From positions 7-64,006 of the forward strand of contig CAYWAH010000002.1 of assembly GCA_964456505.1 (NCBI GenBank): DNA of 64,000 nucleotides, given 5' to 3'. Position 1 is the first letter of the stretch. Every line of letters begins with the position of its first letter. A program made the position numbers and the translations under genes. The DNA is from an uncultured Clostridium sp. (GTDB lineage: Bacteria > Bacillota > Clostridia > TANB77 > CAG-508). Below, in pieces: positions 29,398-39,106 of the stretch. The notes below the pieces were generated by a model. The model made no database searches and was not told the origin of the DNA. It worked only from the letters and a program-made list of their open reading frames with translations.

Positions 29398-29427
29398 TTG
29401 ACTTTGATGGTGAAAATGTAGTATAAT
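29398..29427 (+). promoter_or_regulatory. sigma-A type promoter of the rplU operon (TTGACT-18-TATAAT)
   Basis: TTGACT at 29398-29403 and TATAAT at 29422-29427. Confidence 0.6.
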
Positions 29428-29434
29428 CTACACT

Positions 29435-29528
29435 TGTAAACCGCCTAAGTCGGGTTTGTAAATCTCAAACAATTGAGTACCTTGCATTTATGCTTAGCGA
29501 GTATGAGAAGAAGGAGGCTTTTTACAGA
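29435..29528 (+). promoter_or_regulatory. Structured 5' leader of rplU (L21-leader-like)
   Basis: A hairpin tgtaaacc-gcctaagt-cgggtttgta lies directly after the promoter, in the position where Firmicute L21 leaders occur. Not verified against a covariance model. Confidence 0.4.
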
Positions 29529-29843
29529 ATGTACGCAATCATTGATAGTTGTGGCAGACAATATAAAGTTGCTGTCGGAGACGTAGTATTCTTTGAAAAG
29601 TTAGATGCAGAAGTAGGTAAAAAAGTTACTTTTGATAAAGTAAACCTAGTATCTGATGACAAGAATATTAAAGTTGGAACACCTTATGTAAAAGGTGCAA
29701 AGGTTGAGGGCGAAGTAGTTGCTAATGGAAAAGGTAAAAAAATTATAGTTTACAAATACAAAGCAAAGAAAAACTACAGAAGAACTCAAGGACATAGACA
29801 ACCATATACAAAGGTTGAAATTAAATCAATTGTAGAGGGCTAA
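29529..29843 (+). CDS. rplU: 50S ribosomal protein L21
   Basis: [14 protein letters not shown]...[13 protein letters not shown] 29529 follows gaaggagg. Confidence 0.95.
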   Translation: MYAIIDSCGRQYKVAVGDVVFFEKLDAEVGKKVTFDKVNLVSDDKNIKVGTPYVKGAKVEGEVVANGKGKKIIVYKYKAKKNYRRTQGHRQPYTKVEIKSIVEG

Positions 29844-30032
29844 TTTTAAAGTCTTGAATTGATTAAAATATATGAATTTTAACATACATATTCATATATT
29901 AAATGATAAAATTTTTATTAAAAATATTTTAGAATTTTTATAAGAATATTTTGTAATAATTTTTACATAAAAATTTTACAACAAAAATTACGATAGTAAT
30001 AAAAAATAATATAAGAAGCGAGGTGAAAATAC

Positions 30033-30386
30033 ATGGCACATCATAAAGGTCAAGGTAGTACCGATAACGGAAGAGATAGTGAGAGCAAGAGACTTGGTAT
30101 GAAGAGAGCTGATGGACAATTAGTTCAAGCTGGAAATATCTTATTTAGACAAAGAGGTACTAAAATGCATCCAGGTACAAATGTTGGCATTGGTAAAGAT
30201 GATACTTTATATGCTAAGATTACTGGAATTATGAAAGTTGAAAGACTTGGAAGAGATAAGAAAAAGATTAGCGTTTTCGAAGAAAAGGATTTAAAGAAAA
30301 CAGCTAATAAGGCAGAAAAGAAGGAAACTAAAACAGTAGCAGCTAAAGCTTCTACTGCAAAGAAAACTACTGCTAAAGCAAAATAG
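30033..30386 (+). CDS. rpmA: 50S ribosomal protein L27 (no N-terminal propeptide; Lys/Ala-rich C-terminal extension)
   Basis: [22 protein letters not shown]...FRQRGTK core, followed by ~35 extra residues [30 protein letters not shown]. Confidence 0.95.
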   Translation: MAHHKGQGSTDNGRDSESKRLGMKRADGQLVQAGNILFRQRGTKMHPGTNVGIGKDDTLYAKITGIMKVERLGRDKKKISVFEEKDLKKTANKAEKKETKTVAAKASTAKKTTAKAK

Positions 30387-30393
30387 TAAAAAA

Positions 30394-30430
30394 ATAATTG
30401 ATGATTGTAAATCATCAATTATTTTTTTTT
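30394..30430. terminator. Bidirectional terminator
   Basis: ataattgatgat/atcatcaattat stem flanked by A7 and T9. Confidence 0.75.
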
Positions 30431-30455
30431 ACCTTTTATTTTAAGTAATCAATAA

Positions 30456-30638
30456 TTAAAATTGATTATTTCTTCCGTATGTTGTAAATAAAAGCAGAAA
30501 CAAAACAATAAACAACAAAATTTCAGTATTGTTATTTGAATTAAATATGTAACTAAGTAATTGACTATCGCTGTCATCATCACGATTATTATTGTTGAAG
30601 TTGTTGTTCCCACGATTATTCCAAAAACAATTACCCAT
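30456..30638 (-). CDS. Asn-rich single-TM mini-protein (60 aa)
   Basis: MGNCFWNNRGNNNFNNNN...ILLFIVLFLLLF.., with SD aaagga upstream, a terminator downstream and a sigma-K-like promoter match upstream. Confidence 0.5.
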   Translation of the reverse strand: MGNCFWNNRGNNNFNNNNRDDDSDSQLLSYIFNSNNNTEILLFIVLFLLLFTTYGRNNQF

Positions 30639-30675
30639 TGAAAATTCCTTTCATATATATAATTTTTTTATACTT

Positions 30676-30703
30676 TATAATATGAACTAAATTATAAATG
30701 TGT
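30676..30703 (-). promoter_or_regulatory. sigma-K-like promoter match (AC-17-CATATTATA)
   Basis: The reverse complement of 30676-30684 is CATATTATA, and AC lies at 30703-30702, ~30 nt upstream of the mini-protein ATG. Confidence 0.35.
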
Positions 30704-30876
30704 GAATGATTTTAAAATTCAAGCACAAATAAAATTAAGGAAAACTTATTATTTTTTTCTTACATCAAATCATTGAAAAATTATTATTGCTAAATGAAAA
30801 ATAAAAGTAAAAGAAAAATTTATCCGCAAAGTAATTTCAAGTTATAAATGATTACGTTTTTTCTTATCTCAAACTA

Positions 30877-30905
30877 TTGACATAAATGAGATAAAATATT
30901 AAAAT
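30877..30905 (+). promoter_or_regulatory. sigma-A type promoter of rny (TTGACA-17-TAAAAT)
   Basis: TTGACA at 30877-30882 and TAAAAT at 30900-30905. Confidence 0.5.
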
Positions 30906-30978
30906 AATGCTGTAGAATATTTATAAATTGATTATATATATTTGTACATTGAAAATTAAATAGAAAGAGGTGTATAAT

Positions 30979-32520
30979 ATGCAAATTGGTATTTATATCA
31001 CTATTTTTCTAGTCTCAGCAGTTATATTTACATTTGTAGGATTTATCGTTAGAAAACATATATCTGAATCAAAAATTGATAGTGCTGAAAAAGAGGCACA
31101 ACGTATATTGGATAATAGCAAAAAAGAAGCAGAAAATGCTAGAAAAGAAGAAATTCTTAAGGCAAAAGAAGAAATTATCAAATCAAGAAATGATTTAGAG
31201 CAAGAGATTAGAGAAAGAAGAGGTGAAGTTCAACAACAAGAAAGAAGATTGGAACAAAAAGAAGAAAATCTTGATAAGAAAATGTATGCTGTTGAACAAA
31301 GACAAAAAGAATTAGAATCTAAAGAAAATGAAATTGAAGACATTAAAGAAGAAGTACAAAAAATGAAGGATTCAGAACTTGATCAACTTGAACAAATTGC
31401 TAGACTTTCAGTTGATGATGCTAAGAAGCAATTGTTAGCTAAACTTGATGAAACCTTAACTAAGGAGAAGGCTGAAAGAATTAATGAAATGGAAAAGCAA
31501 ATCAAGGATGAGTCTGAAGACAAGGCAAAAAATATTATCACATATGCAATTCAAAAATGTGCAGCAGATCATACTGCTGAATCTACAGTATCAATTGTTG
31601 AAGTTCCTAATGATGAAATGAAAGGAAGAATAATTGGTAGAGAGGGGAGAAACATTAAAGCACTTGAAACTTTGACAGGTGTTGAATTTGTAGTTGATGA
31701 TACTCCTGGAGCAGTTATTATTTCAGGATTTGATCCTATTAGAAGAGAGGTTGCAAAAATAGCACTTCAAAAATTAATTGATGATGGAAGAATTCATCCT
31801 GCTAAAATTGAAGAAATGGTTGAAAAAGCCAAAGAAGAACTTTCTAAGATTATTAAACAGGAAGGCGAAAAAGCTTGCATGGAAACAGGTGTTATGAATT
31901 TACATCCTGATTTAGTTAATTTACTAGGAAAATTAAAATATAGGACAAGTTATGGTCAGAATGTTTTGATGCATTCTATCGAAGTTTCAAACCTAGCAAG
32001 AATTATGGCTGATGAACTTGGATTAGATACAAAGTTAGCAGCTAGAGCAGGTTTGTTACATGATATTGGAAAAGCATTAGACCACGATATGGAAGGTACA
32101 CACGTTCAAATTGGTGTTGAGGTATTAAAGAAATGCAAGGAAAATGATAAAGTAATTAATGCTGTTGAAGCACACCATGGAGATGTTGAAGGAAAAACTC
32201 CTGAAGCATTTTTAATTCAAGCCGCTGATGCAATTTCGGCATCAAGACCTGGAGCAAGACGTGAAACATTGGAAGCATATATTAAAAGACTTGAACAACT
32301 TGAAGAGATTGCAAATTCTTTTGATGGAGTTGATAAATCTTATGCTATTCAAGCTGGTCGTGAGGTTAGAATTATTGTTAAACCTGAAAAGATTTCTGAT
32401 GATGAGATGACTATTTTGGCTAGAGATGTTGCTAAACGTATTGAAGACGAGATGGAGTATCCTGGTCAAATTAAGGTTAATATTATTAGAGAAAAACGTG
32501 TTACTGATTATGCAAAGTAA
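30979..32520 (+). CDS. rny: Ribonuclease Y
   Basis: N-terminal TM, coiled coil, KH ([15 protein letters not shown]) and HD (LLHDIGKA) domains. ATG 30979 follows aaagagg. Confidence 0.95.
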   Translation: MQIGIYITIFLVSAVIFTFVGFIVRKHISESKIDSAEKEAQRILDNSKKEAENARKEEILKAKEEIIKSRNDLEQEIRERRGEVQQQERRLEQKEENLDKKMYAVEQRQKELESKENEIEDIKEEVQKMKDSELDQLEQIARLSVDDAKKQLLAKLDETLTKEKAERINEMEKQIKDESEDKAKNIITYAIQKCAADHTAESTVSIVEVPNDEMKGRIIGREGRNIKALETLTGVEFVVDDTPGAVIISGFDPIRREVAKIALQKLIDDGRIHPAKIEEMVEKAKEELSKIIKQEGEKACMETGVMNLHPDLVNLLGKLKYRTSYGQNVLMHSIEVSNLARIMADELGLDTKLAARAGLLHDIGKALDHDMEGTHVQIGVEVLKKCKENDKVINAVEAHHGDVEGKTPEAFLIQAADAISASRPGARRETLEAYIKRLEQLEEIANSFDGVDKSYAIQAGREVRIIVKPEKISDDEMTILARDVAKRIEDEMEYPGQIKVNIIREKRVTDYAK

Positions 32521-32523
32521 AAA

Positions 32524-32551
32524 AAGAAACGGCTCTGCCGTTTCTTTTTTT
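32524..32551 (+). terminator. Rho-independent terminator
   Basis: agaaacgg-ctctg-ccgtttct stem followed by T7. Confidence 0.85.
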
Positions 32552-32629
32552 ACTTTTATTATGAATTGAGGTTGCTATATATTTTTTCTTGTGTTAAAAT
32601 ATTGGATGTAAAAAAGGTGGTTAGAATAA

Positions 32630-33514
32630 ATGAAAATTTCTATCTTAACATCAACCTATAATAGAGCAAACGAATTAAGCAAAGTTTATGAAAGCCTTTT
32701 GAAAAATAAAAGCACACTAAATAGTAACGTTTCTTTTGAATGGCTTATTATGGATGATGGTTCAACAGATAATACAAAAGATGTTGTACAAAAATTTGTT
32801 GATGAAAATAAAATTGAAATTAAATATTTTTATCATAAAAATAAAGGAAAAATGGAATCTATAAATGAGCTTGTTGAAATAGCAACAGGGGATTTGATGT
32901 TTACTTGTGATTCTGATGATTACCTTACTGATAATGCTTTAAATGTAATTAGTAAAAATTATGAAAAGTATAAAAACGAAAATATTTATGCGATGTGTTT
33001 TCATAGAAGTATGAATGGCTTTATTGGAGATGATTATAAAAAAGAGTTTACTACTTTGTTTGATTTGCATTTTAAGGATGGAAAAACTGGCGAGGATTTG
33101 CTAGTGTTTATTAGCAAAATTAGAAAACAATATAAACATAAATTGGAGTATGATGAAAAGTTTGTTACAGAGGCAAGATTGTATTATGAAATGGATGAAA
33201 AGTATAATATTGCTTGTGTAAATGAAACCCTAATGATTGGTGCATATAATGATGATGGTTATACAAAAAATTTGTCTAGTCAAATTAAGAAAGCCCCTTT
33301 TGGTTATTACCATTATTTTAAAGAAATTTTGGAAAAAGATTTTAAAGGTGTTTTATGGAATAATAGATTATATGCGATTAAACATTATATTTTATTTGCC
33401 ACTTTGACAAATTCAAAAAATAATGTTAAATCAATTAATAATTTTGAAAATAAATTTTTATATTGTTTACTTTACATACCTGGAATGATTGCTACTAAAA
33501 TTAGATTTAAGTGA
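32630..33514 (+). CDS. Family 2 glycosyltransferase
   Basis: ISILTSTYNR...MDDGSTDNT...CDSDD are GT-A/GT2 signatures. Confidence 0.8.
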   Translation: MKISILTSTYNRANELSKVYESLLKNKSTLNSNVSFEWLIMDDGSTDNTKDVVQKFVDENKIEIKYFYHKNKGKMESINELVEIATGDLMFTCDSDDYLTDNALNVISKNYEKYKNENIYAMCFHRSMNGFIGDDYKKEFTTLFDLHFKDGKTGEDLLVFISKIRKQYKHKLEYDEKFVTEARLYYEMDEKYNIACVNETLMIGAYNDDGYTKNLSSQIKKAPFGYYHYFKEILEKDFKGVLWNNRLYAIKHYILFATLTNSKNNVKSINNFENKFLYCLLYIPGMIATKIRFK

Positions 33515-33678
33515 TTTAATTAAATAAAAAGATATAAAACTGGATTTGAAAAATATTGAATCTTAAATGTAAAATGAAAATAATTGAATTCTAAAAATAA
33601 TAATTAAGATATAATGTAAAATAAGCAAAATTATAATTAAATGAAAATAATGAGGATGAGAATTTGGAGGAAGATTAA

Positions 33679-34740
33679 ATGTCAAAAGAAAAAAGGGCAA
33701 AGAAAAAGGAAAAGAAGGGATTGAAAATATTTCTAAGAATACTTGCTGTATTGCTTGTCATTATTTTAGCAATTGGACTTGCTGGATATCTTTACATAAA
33801 TGGTAAATTCAACCAAATGCAAAAAGAAACAATTGATAAAAGTGATCTTGGAATTAGCAATGAAGCTCAACAAGAATTAAAGAATTATAGAAATATTGCT
33901 TTACTTGGTATTGACAGTAGAGCAGATGACTATGGCTTAGGCAATAGAAGTGATTGCATAATTATAGCAAGTATTAATACAACAAATAGTGATGTAAAAT
34001 TGTTTTCTGTTTACAGAGATACTTATGTGGATGTTGAAGAAAAGGGAACAACTAGATTAGACAAAATTACCCATGCATATTCTTATGGTGGTGCACAAAA
34101 TGCTTTAAAATCTTTGAATAAGGCTTTAGACTTAAATATTGATGAATATGTTACTGTAAATTTTGATGCTGTTATTGCAGCAGTTGATGAGTTAGGTGGA
34201 GTTCAAATAGATATTGATTCATCTGAATTAAAATATATAAATAGTTATATTGATGCAACTTCTGCTAGTTCTGGTAAAAAATCGTCACACATTACATCAA
34301 CAGGTAAACAAAAGTTAGATGGAGTTCAAGCAGTTGCTTACTCTCGTATAAGATACACAGCAGGTGGTGATTATAAGAGAACTGAAAGAATGAGAACAGT
34401 ATTAGAGGCAATGTTTAATAAAGCAAAAACTTTAAGTGTACCAAAATTAAATAGTTTTGCAAATGTTATCCTTCCTCGTGTTAGAACAAATCTTGATAAA
34501 GCAGAACTTTGGTCATTAATGCCAAAGATAACAGCATTTAATATTAATGATAGTATTGGCTGGCCTTATGATACAAAAGGCGATACTATAGGTGGAGTTT
34601 GGTATGGAATTCCTGTTACACTTGAAAGCAATGTAACTGAATTACATCAAAAGATATTTAACCAATCTGATTACACACCAAGTGAAACTGTAAAAGATAT
34701 GAGTAGTAGAATTGTTACTAAAACTGGTTATACAAAATAA
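33679..34740 (+). CDS. LytR-CpsA-Psr (LCP) family cell-envelope phosphotransferase
   Basis: N-terminal TM, then NIALLGIDSR...RSDCIIIASIN...RDTYV...YSRIRY, typical of LCP. Confidence 0.85.
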   Translation: MSKEKRAKKKEKKGLKIFLRILAVLLVIILAIGLAGYLYINGKFNQMQKETIDKSDLGISNEAQQELKNYRNIALLGIDSRADDYGLGNRSDCIIIASINTTNSDVKLFSVYRDTYVDVEEKGTTRLDKITHAYSYGGAQNALKSLNKALDLNIDEYVTVNFDAVIAAVDELGGVQIDIDSSELKYINSYIDATSASSGKKSSHITSTGKQKLDGVQAVAYSRIRYTAGGDYKRTERMRTVLEAMFNKAKTLSVPKLNSFANVILPRVRTNLDKAELWSLMPKITAFNINDSIGWPYDTKGDTIGGVWYGIPVTLESNVTELHQKIFNQSDYTPSETVKDMSSRIVTKTGYTK

Positions 34741-34747
34741 CTATGAA

Positions 34748-34786
34748 TTTTTCTGATAGCTCAAATTACTATCAGAAAAATTTTTA
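34748..34786 (+). terminator. Rho-independent terminator
   Basis: tttttctgatag/ctatcagaaaaa stem followed by T5. Confidence 0.75.
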
Positions 34787-34862
34787 ATAATAAAATTAAT
34801 TTTAATTTAATGCAACGAATTTTAGAAAGGAAATTCAATCTAAATAATTGATACAAAATATT

Positions 34863-35975
34863 ATGTTTGATTTTGATGAAATAACAAAACGAATAACTGA
34901 ACAACAAAATAAAATTTCTGAAATGATGGATACGCTTGACATAAAAGGCAAAAAAGAAAAGTTAGAAGAACTTGAAAAAATGACTGCTAATCCAGATTTT
35001 TGGAATGATACTGAAAAGTCTAGCCAAGTTTCTGCTGAAATTTCTGATTTGAAAAATCAAATAAGTAAATTTGATAGTACAAATAATTCTATTAATATAA
35101 CTGCAGAAATGCTTGATTTACTTAAAGAAAACGAAGATGATGAAATTGAAAAAGAATTGATAAAAGAAATAAATCAAAATGAAAAGGATTTAAGTCAATT
35201 AGAAATAAATACATTATTTAATAATAAATATGATAAGAATAATGCTATTGTAACTATTCATCCAGGTGCTGGTGGAACTGAGGCAATGGATTGGGCAGAA
35301 ATGTTATATAGAATGTATACAAGATGGGCAGAAGAAAACAATTTCAAATTAGAAGAACTTGATTATTTAGCAGGAGATGAAGCAGGTGTTAAAAGTGTAA
35401 CATTTTTGGTTTCAGGCAAATATGCCTATGGTTATTTGAAAAGTGAACATGGTGTACATAGATTAGTTAGAATTTCGCCATTTGATGCAGGAGCAAGAAG
35501 ACATACATCGTTTGCCTCTGTTGAGGTTTTGCCTGAAATAAATGATGATGAAAAAATTGACATAAGACCTGAAGACATAAAAATGGATGTGTTTAGATCG
35601 TCAGGTGCAGGAGGTCAGCATATAAATAAAACTTCATCGGCAGTAAGACTTACACACATACCAACTGGAATAGTAGTTTCTTGCCAAACTCAAAGAAGTC
35701 AATTTCAAAATAGGGATACTGCAATGAAAATGCTTGTTTCTAAATTGGTCAATTTGAAGGAAAGAGAACACAAAGAAAAAATCGAAGATTTAAAGGGTGT
35801 TCAAATGAAAATAGAATGGGGAAGTCAAATTCGTTCGTATGTGTTTTGCCCATATACAATGGTAAAAGATCATAGAACAAATTATGAAACCGGAAATGTG
35901 CAAAAAGTAATGGATGGAGATTTAAATGATTTCATTTATGCATACTTAAAAATGAATGTAAAAAGTAGTGGATAA
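34863..35975 (+). CDS. prfB: Peptide chain release factor 2, contiguous with no programmed frameshift
   Basis: SPF (RISPFDA) and GGQ (SGAGGQHINKT) motifs. The start is uncertain between TTG 34848 and ATG 34863. Confidence 0.9.
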   Translation: MFDFDEITKRITEQQNKISEMMDTLDIKGKKEKLEELEKMTANPDFWNDTEKSSQVSAEISDLKNQISKFDSTNNSINITAEMLDLLKENEDDEIEKELIKEINQNEKDLSQLEINTLFNNKYDKNNAIVTIHPGAGGTEAMDWAEMLYRMYTRWAEENNFKLEELDYLAGDEAGVKSVTFLVSGKYAYGYLKSEHGVHRLVRISPFDAGARRHTSFASVEVLPEINDDEKIDIRPEDIKMDVFRSSGAGGQHINKTSSAVRLTHIPTGIVVSCQTQRSQFQNRDTAMKMLVSKLVNLKEREHKEKIEDLKGVQMKIEWGSQIRSYVFCPYTMVKDHRTNYETGNVQKVMDGDLNDFIYAYLKMNVKSSG

Positions 35976-36143
35976 GTATTTGATGGTTTCTAAAATTTTT
36001 TATAATTGTTAGCATATAAGATTAAGTAAAAATTATATGTATAAAATATTATAGAATAAAAAATAAAAATATTTTCAAAAAAGTATTCACAAATAATTTT
36101 TGTTATGTTATTATAAAAACATAAAGTACGAAGGAGGAGAATT

Positions 36144-36731
36144 ATGGAAAAGTACATTAAGAAATTAACTAGAAATTCAATGATAATATCTGTATTGCTA
36201 ATAATTTTAGCATTTTGCATGATATTTAAACCAGTTGCTTCTATCAATGTTTTAATGCTAATTTTTGGTTGGGTATTGGTAATTGATGGAATAGTTCATT
36301 TTATAACATATTTAGACATTGGAGAAGGAGATAGAATATATAGTTTTGAATTAGCTCAAGCTGTTATGGATATTGTATTTGGTTTCTTCATAGTTATGCA
36401 AAGAGACAGAGCAATTGATCTTCTATCATTTATTTTAGGTATTTGGATTCTATTCGATGGAATTGCAAAATTACAAATTGCATTTAACATTAGAGGATTT
36501 GAAGGATCAAAATGGGGTGTTATGGCTTCAATGGCTTTGATTTCAATGTTCTTTGGTATAATGTTATTATTAAATACAATGCCACTTCAAGCATTGGTTA
36601 GAGTTGCAGGATGCATGTTAGCATTAACAGAAATGTTTAGCATTTTTGACGATGTATATATTCTTGGAAATCTAAGATCTATTGATAAAGAAATAAAGAA
36701 GATTGAAAAATCTCAAAAGAAAAATGCATAG
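36144..36731 (+). CDS. DUF308/HdeD-like membrane protein
   Basis: 195 aa with repeated TM pairs carrying the G..L.IDGI.. pattern. Confidence 0.6.
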   Translation: MEKYIKKLTRNSMIISVLLIILAFCMIFKPVASINVLMLIFGWVLVIDGIVHFITYLDIGEGDRIYSFELAQAVMDIVFGFFIVMQRDRAIDLLSFILGIWILFDGIAKLQIAFNIRGFEGSKWGVMASMALISMFFGIMLLLNTMPLQALVRVAGCMLALTEMFSIFDDVYILGNLRSIDKEIKKIEKSQKKNA

Positions 36732-36740
36732 ATAGTATAA

Positions 36741-36770
36741 AAAGGCTTACATTAAGTAAGCCTTTTTTTG
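36741..36770. terminator. Bidirectional terminator
   Basis: aaaggcttac-attaa-gtaagccttt stem followed by T7. Confidence 0.8.
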
Positions 36771-36781
36771 ATATAAGAGTA

Positions 36782-36830
36782 TTAAAATCTTCTGGAGAAA
36801 ACCTAAGAATTTTTAGAAAGAAGATTTTAA
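36782..36830. repeat. Hairpin whose loop carries a 20-mer also found at the edge of the 52.1-kb structured element
   Basis: attaaaatcttct (36781-36793) and agaagattttaat (36819-36831) form a perfect inverted repeat. The loop contains gagaaaacctaagaattttt (36795-36814), identical to 52238-52257. Confidence 0.5.
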
Positions 36831-36837
36831 TGCTTTT

Positions 36838-37416
36838 TTATAATAATATTGGCTGAACTTGTTGCTCTTTCAATGCAAATTTAATTGCGGGGACAATTGA
36901 ATCACTATCAAATACCAATGAACGTGGCTTTGTGATTGGATTATCTTGCCTAAATGGAACAAAATAGAAATGTTTTGTATTTAAAAGATAGCCAATATTT
37001 TTGGCATTTGTACTCAAAGCATCATTTGTAGAAATTGCAACTACAATTGGCTTTTCCATTCTAAGCAAAGATTTGGTAGCCATGGTTACCGAAGTATCAT
37101 TTATGCCATAAGTCAATTTTGCAATTGTGTTACCTGTGGCTGGCGCAATTAAAATTACATCTACCATATTTTTTGGTCCAAGTGGCTCTGCACCAACAAT
37201 ATCATTTATTACTTTATGTCCAGTTAATTTTTCTAATTCTTTTATAAAATCTTTTGCATTTCCAAATCTAGTATTCGTATGATATGCAGTACTAGACATT
37301 ATTGGTATGATTGTTGCGCCTTCTTTTTTCAATTTTTTTACTATATCTAAAATTTTTTCAAAAGTACAAAATGATCCTGTTATTGCAAAACCAATTTTTA
37401 CACCTTCTAATTTCAT
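36838..37416 (-). CDS. dpaB: Dipicolinate synthase subunit B
   Basis: 192 aa that align along the whole length with the B. subtilis SpoVFB sequence as I recall it (GFAITGSFCT, NTRFG, AEPLGPK, IAPATGNT, STNDAL, QPIL). Confidence 0.85.
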   Translation of the reverse strand: MKLEGVKIGFAITGSFCTFEKILDIVKKLKKEGATIIPIMSSTAYHTNTRFGNAKDFIKELEKLTGHKVINDIVGAEPLGPKNMVDVILIAPATGNTIAKLTYGINDTSVTMATKSLLRMEKPIVVAISTNDALSTNAKNIGYLLNTKHFYFVPFRQDNPITKPRSLVFDSDSIVPAIKFALKEQQVQPILL

Positions 37417-37465
37417 TTTAAAAACTCCTTTTCATAAATATAAAAGCCTTTTAAATGACTTATTA

Positions 37466-37493
37466 TATTGTATGAAAAAGAGAATAAGAATGT
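37466..37493 (-). promoter_or_regulatory. sigma-K-like promoter match (AC-17-CATACAATA) in front of dpaB
   Basis: The reverse complement of 37466-37474 is CATACAATA, and AC lies at 37493-37492. spoVF is sigma-K dependent in B. subtilis. Confidence 0.45.
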
Positions 37494-37494
37494 T

Positions 37495-38910
37495 TTAAAC
37501 TCTTCCTAAACTAAACCAATTTAATAGCACGTTTTTCAGAGATTTTATATAATTATTTTTGTCAATGTCTTCAGAACTTACTAAATTTACAGAGCCTACT
37601 TTTTCTCCGTTTATCATAAAATCTAGCTCTCCAACTTTGTCTCCTTTTTTAATTGGAGCAGTTATGTTTTCATTCAATTTTACTTCTTCTTGTATTTCAC
37701 TCTTATTGGATTTAGGAAGTATAATTCCATAATCTTTTTCAATAACTGCTTTTGAAGAATACTTTAAACCATTGCTAATTGCGAAATCGCTTTTCTCATC
37801 GTTTGCATTTGCAAGATTTTTATATCCATAATTTCCAAATCCATAATTCAAAAGTTTTGTTGCCTCACTAAATCTAATTTTGCTTGTTTCACCTTTCATA
37901 ATAACAGCAATTAAAGAAACGTTATCTCTGGTAGCACTTGCTGATAAATTAAACAATGCTTGAGAGGTAGAACCAGTTTTTAAACCTGTTGCTCCACTAT
38001 AATTTCTAATTAATTTATTTGTATTTACAAGTTGAGATTTTCCATCTCTTAAAGAATCCATATAAATTGTAGTATAATTTTTAATGGCTGGGTGTTTGGT
38101 TAAAAGTTCTCTAGACATTATTGCAATATCGTGTGCAGATGTAAGGTGCTCAGGGTCATCAATTCCATGACAATTTACAAAATGCGTATCATTCATTCCA
38201 AGTTCTTTTGCTTTTTGATTCATTTTGTCAACAAATGCTTCTTGACTTTGCTCAAGATAATCAGCCATTGCTACTGTGCAGTCGTTTGCAGAAACAACGC
38301 AAATTGCTTTTAACATTTCATCAACAGTTAATTCTTCTCTAGTGTCTAACCAAATTTGTGAACCACCCATTTTGGCTGCATCTTCAGTACATGGCACTCT
38401 GTCTGTTAAAGAAATTCTTCCTTCATCAAGTGCTTCCATTATTAAAAGCAGAGTCATTACTTTTGTAACAGATGCAGGATGCAATTTTTCGTGTGAATTA
38501 TATTCATATAGAATTTGACCAGAATTTTGTTCGATTAAAATCGCACTACCACAGGTTAGTTTTAGTGGATTGTCTTTTACAGTAAGAGAAGATTCAACCA
38601 ATTGGGAAGATGAGTTTTTTAAATCTGAATTTGTATTTATGCTATTAGAAGATGAATTGTTATTTGAATTTGAACTATTGCTAACATTGTTGTCATTACT
38701 ATTATTGCTACTATTAGAATTTTCAGCAATAGATGCTGAACTGTTTGCAACATTATTTGAGGTTGCATTATTACTTGAATCCAAATTGCTTATATTTGAT
38801 AAATTATTTTCAGCAGGAGACCACACAGGAATAGTTTCAACTGCTAATGAAATAGAAGAAAAGAGTAAAATAAAAATTATTGATAAACATAAAATTTTTT
38901 TCATATTCAA
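37495..38910 (-). CDS. Serine-type D-Ala-D-Ala carboxypeptidase (PBP5/DacB/DacF-like) with an Asn/Ser-rich linker
   Basis: Signal peptide, ~80-aa N/S low-complexity region, SxxK (ASVTKVMT), SAND (SxN), KTGST, and a C-terminal PBP5_C-like domain. Confidence 0.85.
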   Translation of the reverse strand: MNMKKILCLSIIFILLFSSISLAVETIPVWSPAENNLSNISNLDSSNNATSNNVANSSASIAENSNSSNNSNDNNVSNSSNSNNNSSSNSINTNSDLKNSSSQLVESSLTVKDNPLKLTCGSAILIEQNSGQILYEYNSHEKLHPASVTKVMTLLLIMEALDEGRISLTDRVPCTEDAAKMGGSQIWLDTREELTVDEMLKAICVVSANDCTVAMADYLEQSQEAFVDKMNQKAKELGMNDTHFVNCHGIDDPEHLTSAHDIAIMSRELLTKHPAIKNYTTIYMDSLRDGKSQLVNTNKLIRNYSGATGLKTGSTSQALFNLSASATRDNVSLIAVIMKGETSKIRFSEATKLLNYGFGNYGYKNLANANDEKSDFAISNGLKYSSKAVIEKDYGIILPKSNKSEIQEEVKLNENITAPIKKGDKVGELDFMINGEKVGSVNLVSSEDIDKNNYIKSLKNVLLNWFSLGRV

Positions 38911-39106
38911 ACCTCACTTTTGATAAATTATATTTATCAAGTAAAAAAATATTCCAATTTTATAGTTCTAGTTGAGATTTTGAAAAAAATAAGTTATAAT
39001 GGTGCTAGCCAAAGTTTAATATAGTAAAATTAATTTATAAAGTAGAAAAATTTTGTTGAAATATTTAAAACTAAAAAACGAATTTTAAATAACAAAAGTA
39101 GGAGAT

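Noticed and set aside
34848-34940. Looked for the programmed +1 frameshift site (CUU UGA C) of prfB
   Set aside because: The RF2 reading frame is continuous from the N-terminus through the GGQ motif with no in-frame UGA near codon 25. The gene is simply of the non-frameshifting type.
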